From: an uncultured Eubacteriales bacterium | Lineage (GTDB): Bacteria > Bacillota > Clostridia > Oscillospirales > Acutalibacteraceae | Assembly: GCA_964369225.1 (NCBI GenBank) | Contig: CAYJER010000005.1 | Coordinates: 14,396 to 78,395 of the forward strand | Length of the DNA: 64,000 nt | Direction: 5' to 3' | Shown: positions 52,942-64,000 of the stretch, one piece after another | Position numbering within the stretch: position 1 is the stretch's first letter | Layout: every line of letters begins with the position of its first letter | Translations under genes and position numbers: made by a program | The notes under the pieces: generated by a model | What the model was told of the DNA's origin: nothing | Seen by the model: the letters and a program-made list of their open reading frames with translations, nothing else | Databases searched by the model: none

Positions 52942-54174
52942 TTACTTATACTTTTTAAGTGCTATACAAGCGTTGTGTCCGCCAAAGCCTAAACCATTAG
53001 ATAATGCGTATTCTACTTCTAGTTCTCTAGCTTCATTTGGACAATAATCTAAATCGCAGTCCTCATCTGGAACTAAATAATTAATAGTTGGTGGAACAAT
53101 TCCATCTCTTAATGCCATTACACAGGCAATAGCCTCTGTAGCACCGGCAGCACCTAACATATGTCCAGTCATAGATTTAGTTGAAGAAACAACTGCTTTT
53201 CTTGCATTTTCTTCACCTAAAGCGTTCTTAATAACCATAGTTTCTGTCTTATCATTAAGTGGTGTGCTAGTTCCGTGGGCGTTGATATATATGCACTCAT
53301 CGCCTTTAATTCCAGCTTCATTCATAGCCATTTTCATTGATGCCGCACCGCCTGTTCCCTCTGGATCAGGAGCTGTTATATGGTGAGCGTCACAACTTGT
53401 TCCATAACCTACTACCTCTGCATAAATTGTTGCACCTCTTTTAATTGCATTGTCATAGTTTTCTAAAATTAATGCAGATGCACCCTCACCCATTATAAAA
53501 CCGCTTCTTCTTTTATCAAAAGGGCAGCAAGCATCTTCTACATTTTCAGCCTGTGAAAGTGCCATCATGTTAGAAAATCCAGCTACTCCAACTTCTGTGA
53601 TAGCAGCCTCTGAACCACCAGCAATTACAGCATCTAAATAACCATGCTTAATGGCTCTAAACGCTTCACCTATAGTATTATTACTTGTAGCACAAGCAGT
53701 AACCATTGGCAAGCAAGAACCTTTAGCATTAAATTTAATTGCAATTTCACCAGCACAGATATTTGATATCATCATTGGAATAAAGAAAGGAGAAACTCTT
53801 TTAGCGCCTTTTTGGTGTAACTTTAAATTCTCTGTACAGAAAGTTTCAATTCCACCTATTCCTGAACCAAAGTAAACGCCTAATTTTTCTGGCTCTACAT
53901 TTCCAACTATTCCACTGTTTTCTACAGCTTGAGTAGCAGCTGCTATTCCAAATTGACAGTATAAGTCTCTTTTTCTAACTTCTGCTTTTTCCATATATTC
54001 AAGTGGATTAAAATTTTTAACCTCGGCTGCTAATTTCGCTTTATGCTCTGTAGTATCAAACCTAGTAATATTATCTATTCCACATTTACCCTCTTTAAGA
54101 GAACTTAATAATTCTTCTACATTATTGCCTATCGGGCTGATAGTACCCATTCCTGTTATTACAACTCTATTCAT
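52942..54174 (-). CDS. fabF: 3-oxoacyl-ACP synthase II
   Basis: 410 aa. Active-site region ACATSNN and the His-His context (DAHHITAP, INAHGTSTP). Confidence 0.9.
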   Translation of the reverse strand: MNRVVITGMGTISPIGNNVEELLSSLKEGKCGIDNITRFDTTEHKAKLAAEVKNFNPLEYMEKAEVRKRDLYCQFGIAAATQAVENSGIVGNVEPEKLGVYFGSGIGGIETFCTENLKLHQKGAKRVSPFFIPMMISNICAGEIAIKFNAKGSCLPMVTACATSNNTIGEAFRAIKHGYLDAVIAGGSEAAITEVGVAGFSNMMALSQAENVEDACCPFDKRRSGFIMGEGASALILENYDNAIKRGATIYAEVVGYGTSCDAHHITAPDPEGTGGAASMKMAMNEAGIKGDECIYINAHGTSTPLNDKTETMVIKNALGEENARKAVVSSTKSMTGHMLGAAGATEAIACVMALRDGIVPPTINYLVPDEDCDLDYCPNEARELEVEYALSNGLGFGGHNACIALKKYK

Positions 54175-54198
54175 TTTACTGTTACACCCTTTCTTAAA

Positions 54199-54933
54199 TT
54201 ACATTGCCATTCCGCCATCAACTTTGATGACAGAACCAGTTATATAAGATGCCTCATCACTTGCTAAGAATACAACTGCATTCGCAATATCCTCTGGAAC
54301 ACCTAGTCTCTTTTGAGGAACTGACTGCATAAGTGGATTGTTACTTAAATCAAGCTCTGCTGTCATGTCTGTTTGAATAAATCCTGGAGCTACAGCATTA
54401 CAATTTACTCCACGCTCTGCAAGCTCTCTTGCAACTGTCTTTGTAAGACCAATAAGTCCTGCCTTAGACGCTGAATAATTCGCCTGTCCTGCGTTTCCTA
54501 AAATTCCTGAAACTGATGTTATGTTGATGATTTTGCCGTATCTTTTTCTCATAAAACCTTGATAACAAGCCTTAATCATGTTAAATGCACCCTTAAGATT
54601 TATGTTTAGAACTAGGTCATAATCTTCATCACTCATTCTAAGCATTAGACCATCTCTTGTAATTCCTGCATTGTTTACAAGAATATCAACTGAACCAAAT
54701 TCTTTAATTATCTCTTTTACTGTGTCTTTAGCTTGAGTGCTATCGGCAACATTACAAGTATAATATTCTACTTTTACTCCAAGACTTGCAATTTCAGCCA
54801 TAGTCTCATCATTCTTATTCATGTCTAAAACAGCAATGTTTGCGCCTTGTTTTGCTAGTTTTAAAGCAATCTCTTTGCCTATTCCTCTTGAACCGCCTGT
54901 TACTATCGCATTTTTTCCTGTTAATTCAAACAT
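54199..54933 (-). CDS. fabG: 3-oxoacyl-ACP reductase
   Basis: 244 aa SDR. TGGSRGIG, NNAG and YSASK. Confidence 0.85.
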   Translation of the reverse strand: MFELTGKNAIVTGGSRGIGKEIALKLAKQGANIAVLDMNKNDETMAEIASLGVKVEYYTCNVADSTQAKDTVKEIIKEFGSVDILVNNAGITRDGLMLRMSDEDYDLVLNINLKGAFNMIKACYQGFMRKRYGKIINITSVSGILGNAGQANYSASKAGLIGLTKTVARELAERGVNCNAVAPGFIQTDMTAELDLSNNPLMQSVPQKRLGVPEDIANAVVFLASDEASYITGSVIKVDGGMAM

Positions 54934-54951
54934 ATTATATACCTTCCTAAT

Positions 54952-55860
54952 TTATAATTCTTTTATTGTATTTAATAGGCTTTCATAGTCTGATACATTA
55001 AAGACTCTTGCTTCTTTATTAATCTTTTTGATTAAACCAGAAAGCGTCTTTCCCGCTCCAACCTCTATAAATGTATCAACACCTAAAGCCGAAAGATTTT
55101 CTATTGTTTGTTGCCATCTTACAGGGTTTGAAACTTGCTTAGATATCAAGTCTTTCATGTCGCCCTCGTAAGGCTTTGCAGTAAAATTAGAATAAAGAGG
55201 AATTGTAGCCTCGTTTAAACTATAATTTTCTAATTCATTTAGCAATCCTTTGCTAGCTGTCTGCATAAATGGTGAGTGGAAAGCTCCGCTTACATTAAGC
55301 ATAACAGCTCTACCCTTTTTCTCGGTTACAGATTTTACAAATTCCTGCATTTCATCTTTATCGCCAGCTACTACTAATTGCCCTTTGCAGTTGTAGTTTA
55401 CAGGGTAAACTTTCTCAAATTTTGAGCAAATCTCTTCTACAACTTCATTTGAAAGCTTAAGAACTGCCGCCATTGCTCCAGGATTTTCAGCTGTAGCCTT
55501 ATCCATAAGCTCTGCTCTTTTGCAAACTAATGAAAACGCATCTTTATGGCTTAATATTCCGCTGTAAGCTAGAGCTGGAATTTCACCTAATGAAAAACCT
55601 GCACAGTAATCTGCCTTAACACCCTTTTCTTCTAACGCCTTAGCCGCCGCTAAGTCAACACAAAAAAGACAAGGTTGTGTATTTATAGTTTGGCTCAATT
55701 GCTCAATATCTGCTGTAAAACATTGCTCACTTGTGCCATTTCTCATAGAGTCAGCCATGTCAAAAACTGCCTTAGCTGAAACTGAATTTTCGTATAACTC
55801 TTTGCCCATGCCTACATATTGTGAGCCTTGGCCTGCAAAACAAAATGCTATCTTAGCCAT
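54952..55860 (-). CDS. fabD: Malonyl-CoA:ACP transacylase
   Basis: 302 aa. FAGQGSQYVGMG and GFSLGE. Confidence 0.85.
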   Translation of the reverse strand: MAKIAFCFAGQGSQYVGMGKELYENSVSAKAVFDMADSMRNGTSEQCFTADIEQLSQTINTQPCLFCVDLAAAKALEEKGVKADYCAGFSLGEIPALAYSGILSHKDAFSLVCKRAELMDKATAENPGAMAAVLKLSNEVVEEICSKFEKVYPVNYNCKGQLVVAGDKDEMQEFVKSVTEKKGRAVMLNVSGAFHSPFMQTASKGLLNELENYSLNEATIPLYSNFTAKPYEGDMKDLISKQVSNPVRWQQTIENLSALGVDTFIEVGAGKTLSGLIKKINKEARVFNVSDYESLLNTIKEL

Positions 55861-56792
55861 TTATTTGCTCCTTTCAAGACTTCTTCAGCCTGTGCAAAAA
55901 TTTCTTCTATCATCTCTTTAGCTGGTTGCTCTTTCTCTATCATTCCAGAAATTTGCCCTGCTAAGAATGAACCTGTTTTTTCTTCACCTAAAATTGCCGC
56001 TCTATATAATGAACCGCCACCCATAGCCTCTAAATCTTCATCACTCATTTGGCTATATTCAGCCTTTAAGTAATCTTTAGCAAACTGATTTTTAATGCTC
56101 CTTACAGGGTGTCCTAATCTTTTACCTGTAGTCATTGTAGCAATGTCGTTTGCTTTTAGAACTTTTTTCTTGTAGTTTTCATGAACTACACACTCCTCTG
56201 CCACTAAGAACCTTGTTCCTAGCTGAACACCAACCGCACCTAACATAAATGAAGCCGCAACTCCTCTGCCATCGCCAATTCCGCCTGCCGCAATTACAGG
56301 GATAGAAACTGCATCTACCACTTGTGGAACTAAAGGCATTGTTGAAAGCTCGCCTACATGACCGCCACTCTCGCCGCCCTCTGCTATAACAGCAAATGCA
56401 CCGCATTTTTCCATCATTCTAGCTAAAGACACAGACGCCACAACAGGAATTACCTTTATATCAGCTGATAGCCACATCTCCATATATTTACGAGGATTTC
56501 CAGCTCCTGTAGTAACAACAGGCACTTTTTGATCCGCTACTAATTTTGCTACCTCATCAACATGAGGACTTAAAAGCATTATATTCACACCAAAAGGCTT
56601 ATCTGTTAAACTTCTGCAAAGGTCAATTTGCTCTTTTAGGTAGTCAGCACTGGCATTCATCGCAGAGATTATTCCAAGTCCACCACCGTTTGAAACAGCA
56701 GCTGCTAATTTTCCCTCTGATATCCACGCCATACCACCTTGAAAAATTGGATATTTAATTCCTAAACTCTCATTAATAATTGTACTTATCAT
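55848..56792 (-). CDS. fabK: Enoyl-ACP reductase II (FMN-dependent, FabK type)
   Basis: 314 aa. YPIFQGGMAWIS, a nitronate-monooxygenase-like fold, and its position in the fab cluster. Confidence 0.75.
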   Translation of the reverse strand: MISTIINESLGIKYPIFQGGMAWISEGKLAAAVSNGGGLGIISAMNASADYLKEQIDLCRSLTDKPFGVNIMLLSPHVDEVAKLVADQKVPVVTTGAGNPRKYMEMWLSADIKVIPVVASVSLARMMEKCGAFAVIAEGGESGGHVGELSTMPLVPQVVDAVSIPVIAAGGIGDGRGVAASFMLGAVGVQLGTRFLVAEECVVHENYKKKVLKANDIATMTTGKRLGHPVRSIKNQFAKDYLKAEYSQMSDEDLEAMGGGSLYRAAILGEEKTGSFLAGQISGMIEKEQPAKEMIEEIFAQAEEVLKGANKWLR

Positions 56793-56814
56793 GTCTTATT
56801 CCTTTCAAATTCTA

Positions 56815-57774
56815 TTAAAATTTTATAGCACAGGAAGCACTGCACAATCCAGCACCAAATGCAGCTAAAATCATGTTGTCTCCCCTTTGAATTTTTCCTG
56901 ATTTATTAAGCTCATCAAGCAAAATAGCAACACTAGCAGAAGATGTGTTTCCAACATATTCAATATTTGAGCAGAATTTTTCATTATCTATAGGAAGTTT
57001 CCTTGCTGCCTCGTTTATTATTCTGATGTTTGCCTGATGTGGAATAACATACTTTATATCTTCATTTGTAAGATTTGCTTGCTCCATTACGTTCATAATA
57101 TCATTAGTCATTGAAGAAATGGCAAATTTATATGTTTGTTGTCCATTCATGTTTATAGCAGATTTTTCTGCTACTTCACCCTTGTAGAAAGGTGAATTGT
57201 TTATCATGCTGTGTGCTACAATTGTATCTGTATTTCCTGTTGTATTAAGCACACTAGCTAGGTAGTTGTCTTCTTCATCGCTTAAAACTACTGCTCCTGC
57301 ACCATCTGCAAAGATAATACAAGTATTTCTGTCTTCCCAATCTACCATTTGTGATAGTCTTTCGGCACCTATTACAAGTATTTTGTGTGCCTTTCCTAGG
57401 GCGAATTGCGCTGCCGCTGTCTCTAGGGCAAACACGAAACCTGAACAAGCTGCGTTTATGTCAAACGCTGGACAAGTAGCACCAATTTCTTTTTGCACTA
57501 CACAGGCAATTGCAGGAGTTAAGTAGTCAGGAGTAATTGTGGCACAAATAATCATGTCAAGATCTTCCGCCTTAACACCAGAATCTTTAAGCGCCTCATT
57601 AGCAGCCTTTGCAGCCATAGCAGATGTAGGTTCATCTACAGAGATATGTCTCTCTTTAATTCCAACTCTTTTTTGAATCCATTCATCACTTGTCTCTACC
57701 ATAGTAGAAAGCGTATCATTTGTGACTACATGTGCAGGTATATAGCTTCCAGTGCCCATTATTTTAAGTTTCAT
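56815..57774 (-). CDS. fabH: 3-oxoacyl-ACP synthase III
   Basis: 319 aa counted from ATG 57774 (RBS GAAGGAG, 6 nt spacing). Active site AACSGF and HQAN. Confidence 0.85.
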   Translation of the reverse strand: MKLKIMGTGSYIPAHVVTNDTLSTMVETSDEWIQKRVGIKERHISVDEPTSAMAAKAANEALKDSGVKAEDLDMIICATITPDYLTPAIACVVQKEIGATCPAFDINAACSGFVFALETAAAQFALGKAHKILVIGAERLSQMVDWEDRNTCIIFADGAGAVVLSDEEDNYLASVLNTTGNTDTIVAHSMINNSPFYKGEVAEKSAINMNGQQTYKFAISSMTNDIMNVMEQANLTNEDIKYVIPHQANIRIINEAARKLPIDNEKFCSNIEYVGNTSSASVAILLDELNKSGKIQRGDNMILAAFGAGLCSASCAIKF

Positions 57775-58231
57775 CTGTAGCTCCTTCATTCTCTTTTTTG
57801 AAATATATGTTTAGTTTATCAATTGCCCTTAGTAATATTTGTCGTTCTTCGTCAGAAAAACTATGTCCTAATTTTTTTATTACATTTCTTTGACAACGTT
57901 CATGTAAATGAGTGAGTCTTTCACCCTCAGGAGTAAGTTTTACGTTTACTTGTCTGCCATCGTTACTGCATGACTGCTTAACTGCATAACCTTTTTTTAC
58001 AATTTTTCCTACAGCAACAGTGGCAGTAGGCTTAGTTACATCTAAAAGTCTTGCTATTCCACTAACAGTGATACCTTCACTGTACTTGCTTAAAACGCAC
58101 ACCAAGTGAACCTCGGCAACAGTGAGGTCTATTTTTCCCTCTTTCAAGGCATTTTCTTCAAGTTTTGAAACATTACGGTAAATTTCAGCTAAATTTTCAC
58201 TTAAAGCTTTTTCAAAGAAATCCATTCTCAC
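57764..58231 (-). CDS. MarR-family regulator of fatty-acid synthesis (FabT-like)
   Basis: 155 aa with a winged HTH. It is the first gene of the fab cluster, as in streptococcal and clostridial fabT. Confidence 0.65.
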   Translation of the reverse strand: MRMDFFEKALSENLAEIYRNVSKLEENALKEGKIDLTVAEVHLVCVLSKYSEGITVSGIARLLDVTKPTATVAVGKIVKKGYAVKQSCSNDGRQVNVKLTPEGERLTHLHERCQRNVIKKLGHSFSDEERQILLRAIDKLNIYFKKENEGATDET

Positions 58232-58244
58232 ACCCTCATATAGT

Positions 58245-58259
58245 TAGTTTGTCAAACTA
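58245..58259. promoter_or_regulatory. Perfect palindrome TAGTTTG-T-CAAACTA, a candidate FabT operator
   Basis: It lies 14 nt upstream of the MarR start codon. The half-site resembles the AGTTTGA-type FabT boxes. Confidence 0.45.
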
Positions 58260-58348
58260 TTCTATCACCAAAAAAGCAATCTGTCAATATTTAATGTGTT
58301 GAAATTTTTTAACTAATTGTTAAAATTTAAGAAATCGTCAAAAAAGCC

Positions 58349-58376
58349 TTGATTTTTTTTAAAATAGTGATAAAAT
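58349..58376 (+). promoter_or_regulatory. groESL promoter (TTGATT-16 nt-TAAAAT with a TG extension)
   Basis: The hexamers lie immediately upstream of the CIRCE element. Confidence 0.5.
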
Positions 58377-58380
58377 AGTT

Positions 58381-58407
58381 TTAGCACTTGAGACAAAAGA
58401 GTGCTAA
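58381..58407 (+). promoter_or_regulatory. CIRCE operator (HrcA binding site)
   Basis: TTAGCACTT-N9-GAGTGCTAA matches the consensus TTAGCACTC-N9-GAGTGCTAA at 17 of 18 positions. Confidence 0.9.
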
Positions 58408-58432
58408 ACTTAAAAAATAACAGAGGTGTTAA

Positions 58433-58720
<288 letters not shown>

Positions 58721-58723
58721 TAG

Positions 58724-60361
<1,638 letters not shown>

Positions 60362-60390
60362 TATACATTCAGACTAATCACAATGAATAT

Positions 60391-60427
60391 AAACTTGGTG
60401 TTTTTTCAGAAACACCAAGTTTTTTTG
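60391..60427 (+). terminator. Intrinsic terminator of groESL
   Basis: AAACTTGGTGTTT-loop-AAACACCAAGTTT followed by a T-run. Confidence 0.75.
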
Positions 60428-60628
60428 CATATTTATATACCCAAATCAATATTAAATCCTATTTCTTATACGATGTAATATTAAATTTTAGTTCACTTTT
60501 CCATCATTTTAGTTATTATATGAAAATATTATTATACTTTCAAATTTGATTGCATTTTACGGTAAAATATGTTATAATTTACAAAATGAATTTAATTTAA
60601 TAAAATGGAATTGTGGAAGTGAATATCT

Positions 60629-61714
60629 ATGAATAAAAAACAAAGAATTATGGTTGTAGATGACAATGTTACAAATTTAAATATAGCAAGGAAAGCTTTG
60701 TCTACCGAATATGATGTATTATTACTTCCAAGCGGTGAAAAAGCTTTAAAATTCCTTGAAAGATCTGTTCCAGACTTAATATTACTTGATGTTGAAATGC
60801 CTGAAATGTCTGGCTTTGACTTTATAACTATCCTTAAACAAAAAGGCGAACCATTATCAGAAATTCCTGTTATTTTCGTAACTGCTAGAGATGACTCAGG
60901 CAGTGAATACGAGGGTCTAGATTTGGGTGCGGTAGATTACATAACAAAACCATTTTCATTTCAATTATTGCTTAAAAGAGTATCACTGCATTTAGCTCTT
61001 AAAAACCAACAACAAGAACTTCAAAATTATAGTGCTAATTTAGAAGTTATGGTTTCTGACAAAACAAAAGTGATACAAGAGCTTCAATATTCAATAGTAC
61101 AATCAATGTCTGACATGGTTGAACGCCGTGACGGTTCAACAGGCGGACATATAATAAGAACAAAAAATTACTTAAAAGTTCTTTTAGACAAAGCAAAAGA
61201 AGATAGTAAATACAGTGATGAACTTAAAGATATCGATACTGAACTTTATTCACATGCCTCACAAATGCACGATGTAGGAAAAATTTCTATTCCTGATACT
61301 GTTTTACTTAAACCAGGTAGACTTACAGACTCCGAGTTTGAGTTAATGAAACACCATACAATATTCGGTGAGGAAGCAATAAACAACTCAATGAAAGACT
61401 TAGAAGATGTAGAATTTTTAAGAGTGGCCTCAGAGTTCGCCATATCTCACCACGAGAAATGGGACGGTAGCGGTTATCCTTATGCTCTTTCAGGACTAAA
61501 TATCCCAATTACAGGCAGACTAATGGCTATAGTTGATGTTTATGATGCAATTATCTCAAAACGCCCATATAAAGAAGCTCTAACCCACTCAATAGCTTGT
61601 GATATCATTCTAAAAGATAGTGGAAAGCACTTTGACCCTGAACTTGTGCAAGTATTTATGCAAATCAGCGACAAATTCAAAGAAATTTCTAACGCCTATA
61701 AGCACTTGGGCTGA
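60629..61714 (+). CDS. Response regulator with an HD-GYP c-di-GMP phosphodiesterase output domain
   Basis: 361 aa. The REC domain has canonical residues ([20 protein letters not shown]). HD-GYP motifs HDVGK and [11 protein letters not shown]. Confidence 0.85.
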   Translation: MNKKQRIMVVDDNVTNLNIARKALSTEYDVLLLPSGEKALKFLERSVPDLILLDVEMPEMSGFDFITILKQKGEPLSEIPVIFVTARDDSGSEYEGLDLGAVDYITKPFSFQLLLKRVSLHLALKNQQQELQNYSANLEVMVSDKTKVIQELQYSIVQSMSDMVERRDGSTGGHIIRTKNYLKVLLDKAKEDSKYSDELKDIDTELYSHASQMHDVGKISIPDTVLLKPGRLTDSEFELMKHHTIFGEEAINNSMKDLEDVEFLRVASEFAISHHEKWDGSGYPYALSGLNIPITGRLMAIVDVYDAIISKRPYKEALTHSIACDIILKDSGKHFDPELVQVFMQISDKFKEISNAYKHLG

Positions 61715-61808
61715 TATTTATGAGAAAATAAAAAGGAAAGGACAGTCACGGGGAACACTCTCCAAATTTTTATCGCATTTATGCGACAAAAATGACAAGG
61801 TCACAAAC

Positions 61809-64000
61809 ATGAGTAATTCAGATAATAACATGCTCCACACCCCGTCAAAAGATGAACTAATAGAATTAATTGAGTTCACTAAAATCGGATACTGGCGTTG
61901 GGAAGCTCAAACAAATACTGTCTTTTATAGTAAGGGATGGGCGGATATTTTAGGATATGATGTCGATGAACTAGATCCAACCATTGCCACTTGGCAAAGG
62001 TTAGTTAACCCTGAAGATTTAATCTTAATGGAAGAGCATGTAACTTCACATGTAAATGGTGAAATACCATCTTTTGATATTGAACTTAGGATGAATAAAA
62101 AAAATGGCAAAGAAATCTGGATTCAAACCAGAGGCAAAGTCATGGAATACTATAAAAATGGTAGACCTAAATATATATCAGGAGTACTAATAGATATAAA
62201 CGATTTTAAGCAAGCCTTAGCACAGATAAACGAACAAAGAGAAAGGTTCTCTGTTGCTGTAAAGCTTGCCAATTTCGCAATTTGGGAGCTAGACTGTAGA
62301 AATGGAAATATCTTCTATAGTGATGAGTTTTATTCAGTTTTAGGCTATCAAAAAGGAGAATTAACACTTAATTTTTCAGCCTGGAAAGATGAACTTATAA
62401 GTGCAGATGATGACAACAAGCTAAAACACCACATAAACAATATAGTAATAGGCAACCAAGAGTCTTACCTGCTTGAAATTAGGGTGAAGAAAAAAGACGG
62501 TAGCTTTTTATGGATGCGAACATTCGCAGAAGTCATAGAACGTGATGCCAACGGAAATGCAGTTAGAATAATCGGAAGTAATTTAGATGTTGACGAGCTT
62601 ATAAAGTCACAAAAAAGTCTTTCTATCGCACTAAAAAAACTAGAAGACCACCAATTGCACCTTGAAGAAGAAATACAAATTAGAACAAAAGAAATATTAG
62701 AACACGATAAAATACTTTCAAAGGTTACTGAGTTTTCTCAAAGACTAATGTCGGCTGACCATGATATTATCAGTGTAGTAGGAGACTGCCTAACCGAGTT
62801 ATGCCAATTAATGGGCAGAGAAAGAATTACTTTTTGGCAAAATTTATCGGTAGACGGCGAACTCTATTGTAAAAGCATATTTAAATGGAGAAAAGGAGTA
62901 GGACAAATCTTTAGATCAAGTCCAATCGCCACCGATGCAATACTAGATAGTATAGATAATATAGTTTTGTACAATGGCGAGAATGACGATGAATACTCCA
63001 AATCCTTGCTTAATAGAATTTTACAAGGCAAACTAATTAAATTTAAACGCCACTTCCCTACCCTTTTAAATTACATTTTAAAAGAAAAAACTATGAATGT
63101 AATTGTATCAGAAGTCCTAGACAATGAAAAAGCATTTTTAAATCAAGAAGGTGTCCATGCGGTACTTATCTCACCTGTGTATCATCACGGAAAACCATGG
63201 GGATACCTAAGAGTAGATAATTTTACCGATGAAACACATTTTTCAGTAGCGGATGAAAACATATTAAATATTGCCGGTTCAATTTTTGCTAGTGCCGTAC
63301 AAAAGGCTCAATCAGAAGAAGAACTAAGAATAGCACATGCAGAGGCTATTGCAAGCTCACAGGCAAAAAGTAATTTCCTTGCAAATATGAGCCACGAAAT
63401 AAGAACTCCTATGAACGCAATTACAGGAATGTCTGAACTATTACTGCGTGAATTGGGTGAACACTCCGCCTCTGAATATGTTACAGGAATTAAGCAAGCT
63501 AGCACAAACTTGCTTTCAATAATAAATGATATACTTGATATCTCTAAGATAGAGTCAGGTAAACTTGATATTTTCGATTCACCATATACCCTATCATCAA
63601 TTCTTAACGATGCCATAACCATGGCTAGACTAAGAGCAGAAGAAAAAAGCCTAGATTTCTTCACATATATCGACAGCAAACTACCGCAACAACTACTGGG
63701 TGATGAAGGAAGACTTAAACAAATCTTAGTAAACCTATTAACAAATGCAATAAAATTTACGCCTAGCGGGCATGTATCACTGACCGTTACAGGAAAAACT
63801 TTTGCAAATGAAGTTCACTTAAAATTTACAGTTCAAGACACAGGCATAGGAATTAGCAAGCCCGATCAAGAGCGTTTATTCGAGGAATTTGTAAGAGTCA
63901 ACACAAAGAAAAACAGAAGCATTGAGGGTACTGGCTTAGGCCTTGCTATTTCAAAACAATTATGTGAAATGATGGGCGGTAAAATCAGTCTACAATCAGA
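61809..64000 (+). CDS. Sensor histidine kinase (PAS-PAS-GAF-HisKA-HATPase), 3' partial at the window edge
   Basis: The reading frame is open from ATG 61809 to the window end, which is why it is absent from the track. H-box [14 protein letters not shown]-box [12 protein letters not shown] and G-boxes DTGIGI / GTGLGLAI. Confidence 0.85.
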   Translation, partial: MSNSDNNMLHTPSKDELIELIEFTKIGYWRWEAQTNTVFYSKGWADILGYDVDELDPTIATWQRLVNPEDLILMEEHVTSHVNGEIPSFDIELRMNKKNGKEIWIQTRGKVMEYYKNGRPKYISGVLIDINDFKQALAQINEQRERFSVAVKLANFAIWELDCRNGNIFYSDEFYSVLGYQKGELTLNFSAWKDELISADDDNKLKHHINNIVIGNQESYLLEIRVKKKDGSFLWMRTFAEVIERDANGNAVRIIGSNLDVDELIKSQKSLSIALKKLEDHQLHLEEEIQIRTKEILEHDKILSKVTEFSQRLMSADHDIISVVGDCLTELCQLMGRERITFWQNLSVDGELYCKSIFKWRKGVGQIFRSSPIATDAILDSIDNIVLYNGENDDEYSKSLLNRILQGKLIKFKRHFPTLLNYILKEKTMNVIVSEVLDNEKAFLNQEGVHAVLISPVYHHGKPWGYLRVDNFTDETHFSVADENILNIAGSIFASAVQKAQSEEELRIAHAEAIASSQAKSNFLANMSHEIRTPMNAITGMSELLLRELGEHSASEYVTGIKQASTNLLSIINDILDISKIESGKLDIFDSPYTLSSILNDAITMARLRAEEKSLDFFTYIDSKLPQQLLGDEGRLKQILVNLLTNAIKFTPSGHVSLTVTGKTFANEVHLKFTVQDTGIGISKPDQERLFEEFVRVNTKKNRSIEGTGLGLAISKQLCEMMGGKISLQS

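Overview
This is a 64 kb chromosomal segment from a low-GC Gram-positive genome, probably class Clostridia. All calls come from reading the supplied ORF translations and the DNA by eye; no database search was run.

Gene content, left to right:
- parE/parC-like type II topoisomerase pair (680-4889).
- An ~8.6 kb island next to tRNA-Ala (about 5205-13796). It carries a large serine recombinase, two XRE regulators, and a tightly coupled mcrB-mcrC-Shedu-like (DUF4263-type) nuclease operon.
- A glnA-like / ANTAR / purF operon. The glutamine-synthetase-like protein has substitutions at three catalytic positions, and the ANTAR protein has a pseudo-receiver.
- A zinc-ribbon protein and a lipoprotein.
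- A ~16.3 kb PBSX-like contractile-tail phage element (19212-35524). It has only packaging, head, tail and lysis genes, with no integrase, repressor or replication genes. Its tape-measure-position gene is only 166 aa, and a -1 frameshift site sits in the tail chaperone gene.
- A c-di-GMP cluster of three GGDEF/EAL proteins plus a GT2 glycosyltransferase.
- tRNA-Thr, tRNA-Ser, pcrA, a DUF1540-like protein, galT and a membrane protein.
- A complete accADCB/fab fatty-acid synthesis cluster with a MarR (FabT-like) regulator.
- CIRCE-controlled groES-groEL.
- An HD-GYP response regulator and a partial PAS/GAF histidine kinase.

The intergenic DNA is colonised by a family of GC-rich nested hairpin repeats. 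They resemble REP/REPIN elements, with a conserved TGTAGGGG...CCCCTACA frame. A second family of repeats is rich in stop codons and carries a terminator hairpin. Both families have also invaded the phage element.

The most interesting candidates:
- the three-gene McrBC+Shedu-like operon;
- the degenerate GS-like/ANTAR pair;
- the repeat families;
- the apparently domesticated phage element.
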